A stretch of 64,000 bases of DNA, from positions 41,064-105,063 of IMG/VR virus record IMGVR_UViG_3300009177_000029, one strand, 5' to 3'. Shown one piece after another: positions 62,808 to 64,000 of the stretch. Position 1 is the stretch's first letter. Every line of letters starts with the position of its first letter. The notes under the pieces are model-generated. The model was not told the DNA's origin. It was given only the letters and a program-made list of their open reading frames with translations, and did no database searches. Made by a program: the position numbers and the translations under genes. Source of the DNA: a virus. Its lineage: Duplodnaviria; Heunggongvirae; Uroviricota; Caudoviricetes.

Positions 62808-62895
62808 TCAGGGCGACAGGACTCGAACCTGCACGGCGATCTTGTGTTACTCGTCTCCAAAACGAGAGGGCTACCATCTACCCACCTACACCCTG
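62808..62895 (-). tRNA. tRNA-Pro(TGG) with expanded variable region
   Basis: CTCGT-TT-TGG-AG-ACGAG followed by ~17-nt variable region. Confidence 0.68.
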
Positions 62896-62898
62896 GTA

Positions 62899-62974
62899 TG
62901 CAGCTTCTTGGAGTCGAACCAAGTTCTACGGCTTTTCAGACCGTCGCGTATGTAACCCTACTCGCTCAAGCTGC
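62899..62974 (-). tRNA. tRNA-Phe(GAA)
   Basis: Loop CT-GAA-AA. Confidence 0.85.
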
Positions 62975-62981
62975 GTTTGTA

Positions 62982-63054
62982 CGATGGATGTAGGACTTGC
63001 ACCTACCTCGGGTAAGTTAACAGCTTACTGCTCAACTTCCTGAGCTAATCCACC
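62982..63054 (-). tRNA. tRNA-Asn(GTT)
   Basis: GTAAG-CT-GTT-AA-CTTAC. Confidence 0.85.
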
Positions 63055-63062
63055 ATAGATAG

Positions 63063-63137
63063 CTGGGGCAGAGGGAATCGAACCCCCGCACATACGGTTA
63101 ACAGCCGTACTGTCTTTCCAACGCGACATACACCCCA
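63063..63137 (-). tRNA. tRNA-Asn(GTT)
   Basis: TACGG-CT-GTT-AA-CCGTA. Confidence 0.85.
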
Positions 63138-63202
63138 ATGAGGTACGCCGAAGCGTACCGAAATCAATGACCCTATTCAGTTTTCAAATGGTCTTTCGAC
63201 CT

Positions 63203-63275
63203 ACTCCGACGCAAGGAATCGAACCTCGATTAACGGTTTCAGAGACCGCTGTCCTGCCTTTAGACGAAATCGGAA
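63203..63275 (-). tRNA. tRNA-Gln(CTG)
   Basis: Loop CT-CTG-AA. Confidence 0.88.
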
Positions 63276-63278
63276 TGT

Positions 63279-63360
63279 ATGTGACGAAAAATGTAGAGAG
63301 GTAGTGCGGGCTTGCGGCCCGCGTATCTAAACGCGATGTACTCCCCACGAGCATTCACAT
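63279..63360 (-). ncRNA. Handle-family RNA copy C (candidate Y-like RNA)
   Basis: ATGTGA-ATGCTC-GTGGGGAG-TACATC-[two hairpins]-CTCTCTAC-ATTTTTCG-TCACAT. Confidence 0.7.
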
Positions 63361-63406
63361 TGGTATCTCATTGTTTAGCGTTGTCGTGAGAATCGCGACA
63401 CTTTTA

Positions 63407-63479
63407 TGGAAGCGGAGGGAGTCGAACCCATCTATGTTTCGGTTAAGAGCCGAGTGCCTGGCCGGTTAGCTTCGCTTCC
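63407..63479 (-). tRNA. tRNA-Lys(CTT)
   Basis: Loop CT-CTT-AA. Confidence 0.88.
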
Positions 63480-63490
63480 GTTGAGTCTCT

Positions 63491-63519
63491 ATCGTGCTGT
63501 GCGTTCTGTCTGTTGTCAA
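63491..63519 (-). promoter_or_regulatory. Sigma70-type promoter
   Basis: TTGACA-N17-CACGAT, just upstream of tRNA-Lys. Confidence 0.45.
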
Positions 63520-63520
63520 G

Positions 63521-63684
63521 TCACTTTCTGCGTTGGGTCTCTCGAACGATTAAGGGCACCGAAGTTTCCTTGGTGCCCTTGTGAATCGATAGAGAATGCG
63601 TCTAGTTATCGATTACACGTCGGCACCTACCCAAATCTGGGCATAGTCGAACTTCGGGTGAATGCGATTAACTAGAGTGAGCAT
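63521..63684 (-). ncRNA. Unclassified ~165-nt twin-hairpin RNA
   Basis: CTAGTT/AACTAG-closed long stem and AAGGGCACC/GGTGCCCTT GAAA hairpin, between two promoters, no ORF. Confidence 0.45.
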
Positions 63685-63690
63685 CTCTTT

Positions 63691-63718
63691 ATCCTAGCAG
63701 GGCTTCGAACGATGTCAA
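63691..63718 (-). promoter_or_regulatory. Sigma70-type promoter
   Basis: TTGACA-N16(TGn)-TAGGAT. Confidence 0.65.
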
Positions 63719-63782
63719 CCGGAAAGTGAAGGTGCTAGCAGTTTTGCGGCTACTAGCACCCGGTATGAGCATCACAGCGCAC

Positions 63783-63810
63783 ATCCTATCACTTCCGAGC
63801 GGGCTGTCAA
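63783..63810 (-). promoter_or_regulatory. Sigma70-type promoter
   Basis: TTGACA-N16(TGn)-TAGGAT. Confidence 0.65.
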
Positions 63811-64000
63811 GTGAGATCGGAGGTCAGAGGAACAACTTGCTGCATCTTCACACGCGTGTTCTCGATCCTCTTCGCCACACGATCGAAACCCTTGGCGATA
63901 ACCACAGGCACATCCGATTCCTTCTCCATACGCTTCGACACGACACGCATCATGTCTGGTACACGAGCAAAGACCGGCTCACAGAGGAAGAGCACAGCAG
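63807..64000 (-). CDS. 3' end of a hypothetical protein (5'-truncated)
   Basis: Open frame from window edge to TGA at 63807. Confidence 0.55.
   Translation of the reverse strand, partial: AVLFLCEPVFARVPDMMRVVSKRMEKESDVPVVIAKGFDRVAKRIENTRVKMQQVVPLTSDLT

Noticed and set aside
55143-63479. CRISPR-like array from regularly spaced GAATCGAACC repeats
   Set aside because: These are tRNA T arms; no constant-length repeat-spacer structure and no cas genes
55072-63675. Many short ORFs over the tRNA array (e.g. 57049-57279, 61002-61193, 62345-62527, 62666-63043)
   Set aside because: They overlap tRNA genes on either strand and have no coding features

Overview
64-kb slice of a large contractile-tailed phage genome. 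Every credible gene is on the minus strand; no integrase, CRISPR array or host housekeeping block was seen. In transcription order (high to low coordinates): (1) An ~8.3-kb tRNA/ncRNA array (55143-63479) with 42 tRNA or tRNA-like genes covering all 20 amino acids, interleaved with genes for Ro60/Rsr (TROVE), peptide deformylase, a Pth2-like protein and an HNH nuclease. Its spacers hide a ~226-nt RNase P RNA with an intact catalytic domain but almost no specificity domain, three structured RNAs sharing one covarying terminal 'handle' (candidate non-canonical Y RNAs, one with a circularly permuted alanyl-tRNA/tmRNA-like domain), and several other unexplained structured RNAs. (2) Portal plus a cluster of probable protease-processed internal head proteins (MuF fused to a PI3/4-kinase-like domain, an inorganic pyrophosphatase-like domain, a degenerate topoisomerase IB-like protein). 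(3) Prohead protease, scaffold, SPO1/Twort-like major capsid, neck, sheath, tube, chaperones, tape measure, baseplate (hub with M23 peptidase), tailspike, holin/spanin-like genes. (4) SF2 helicase, J-domain protein, DnaB-like helicase, ClpX-type zinc finger and primase. All calls were made by eye from motifs and base pairing; no database or covariance-model search was run.
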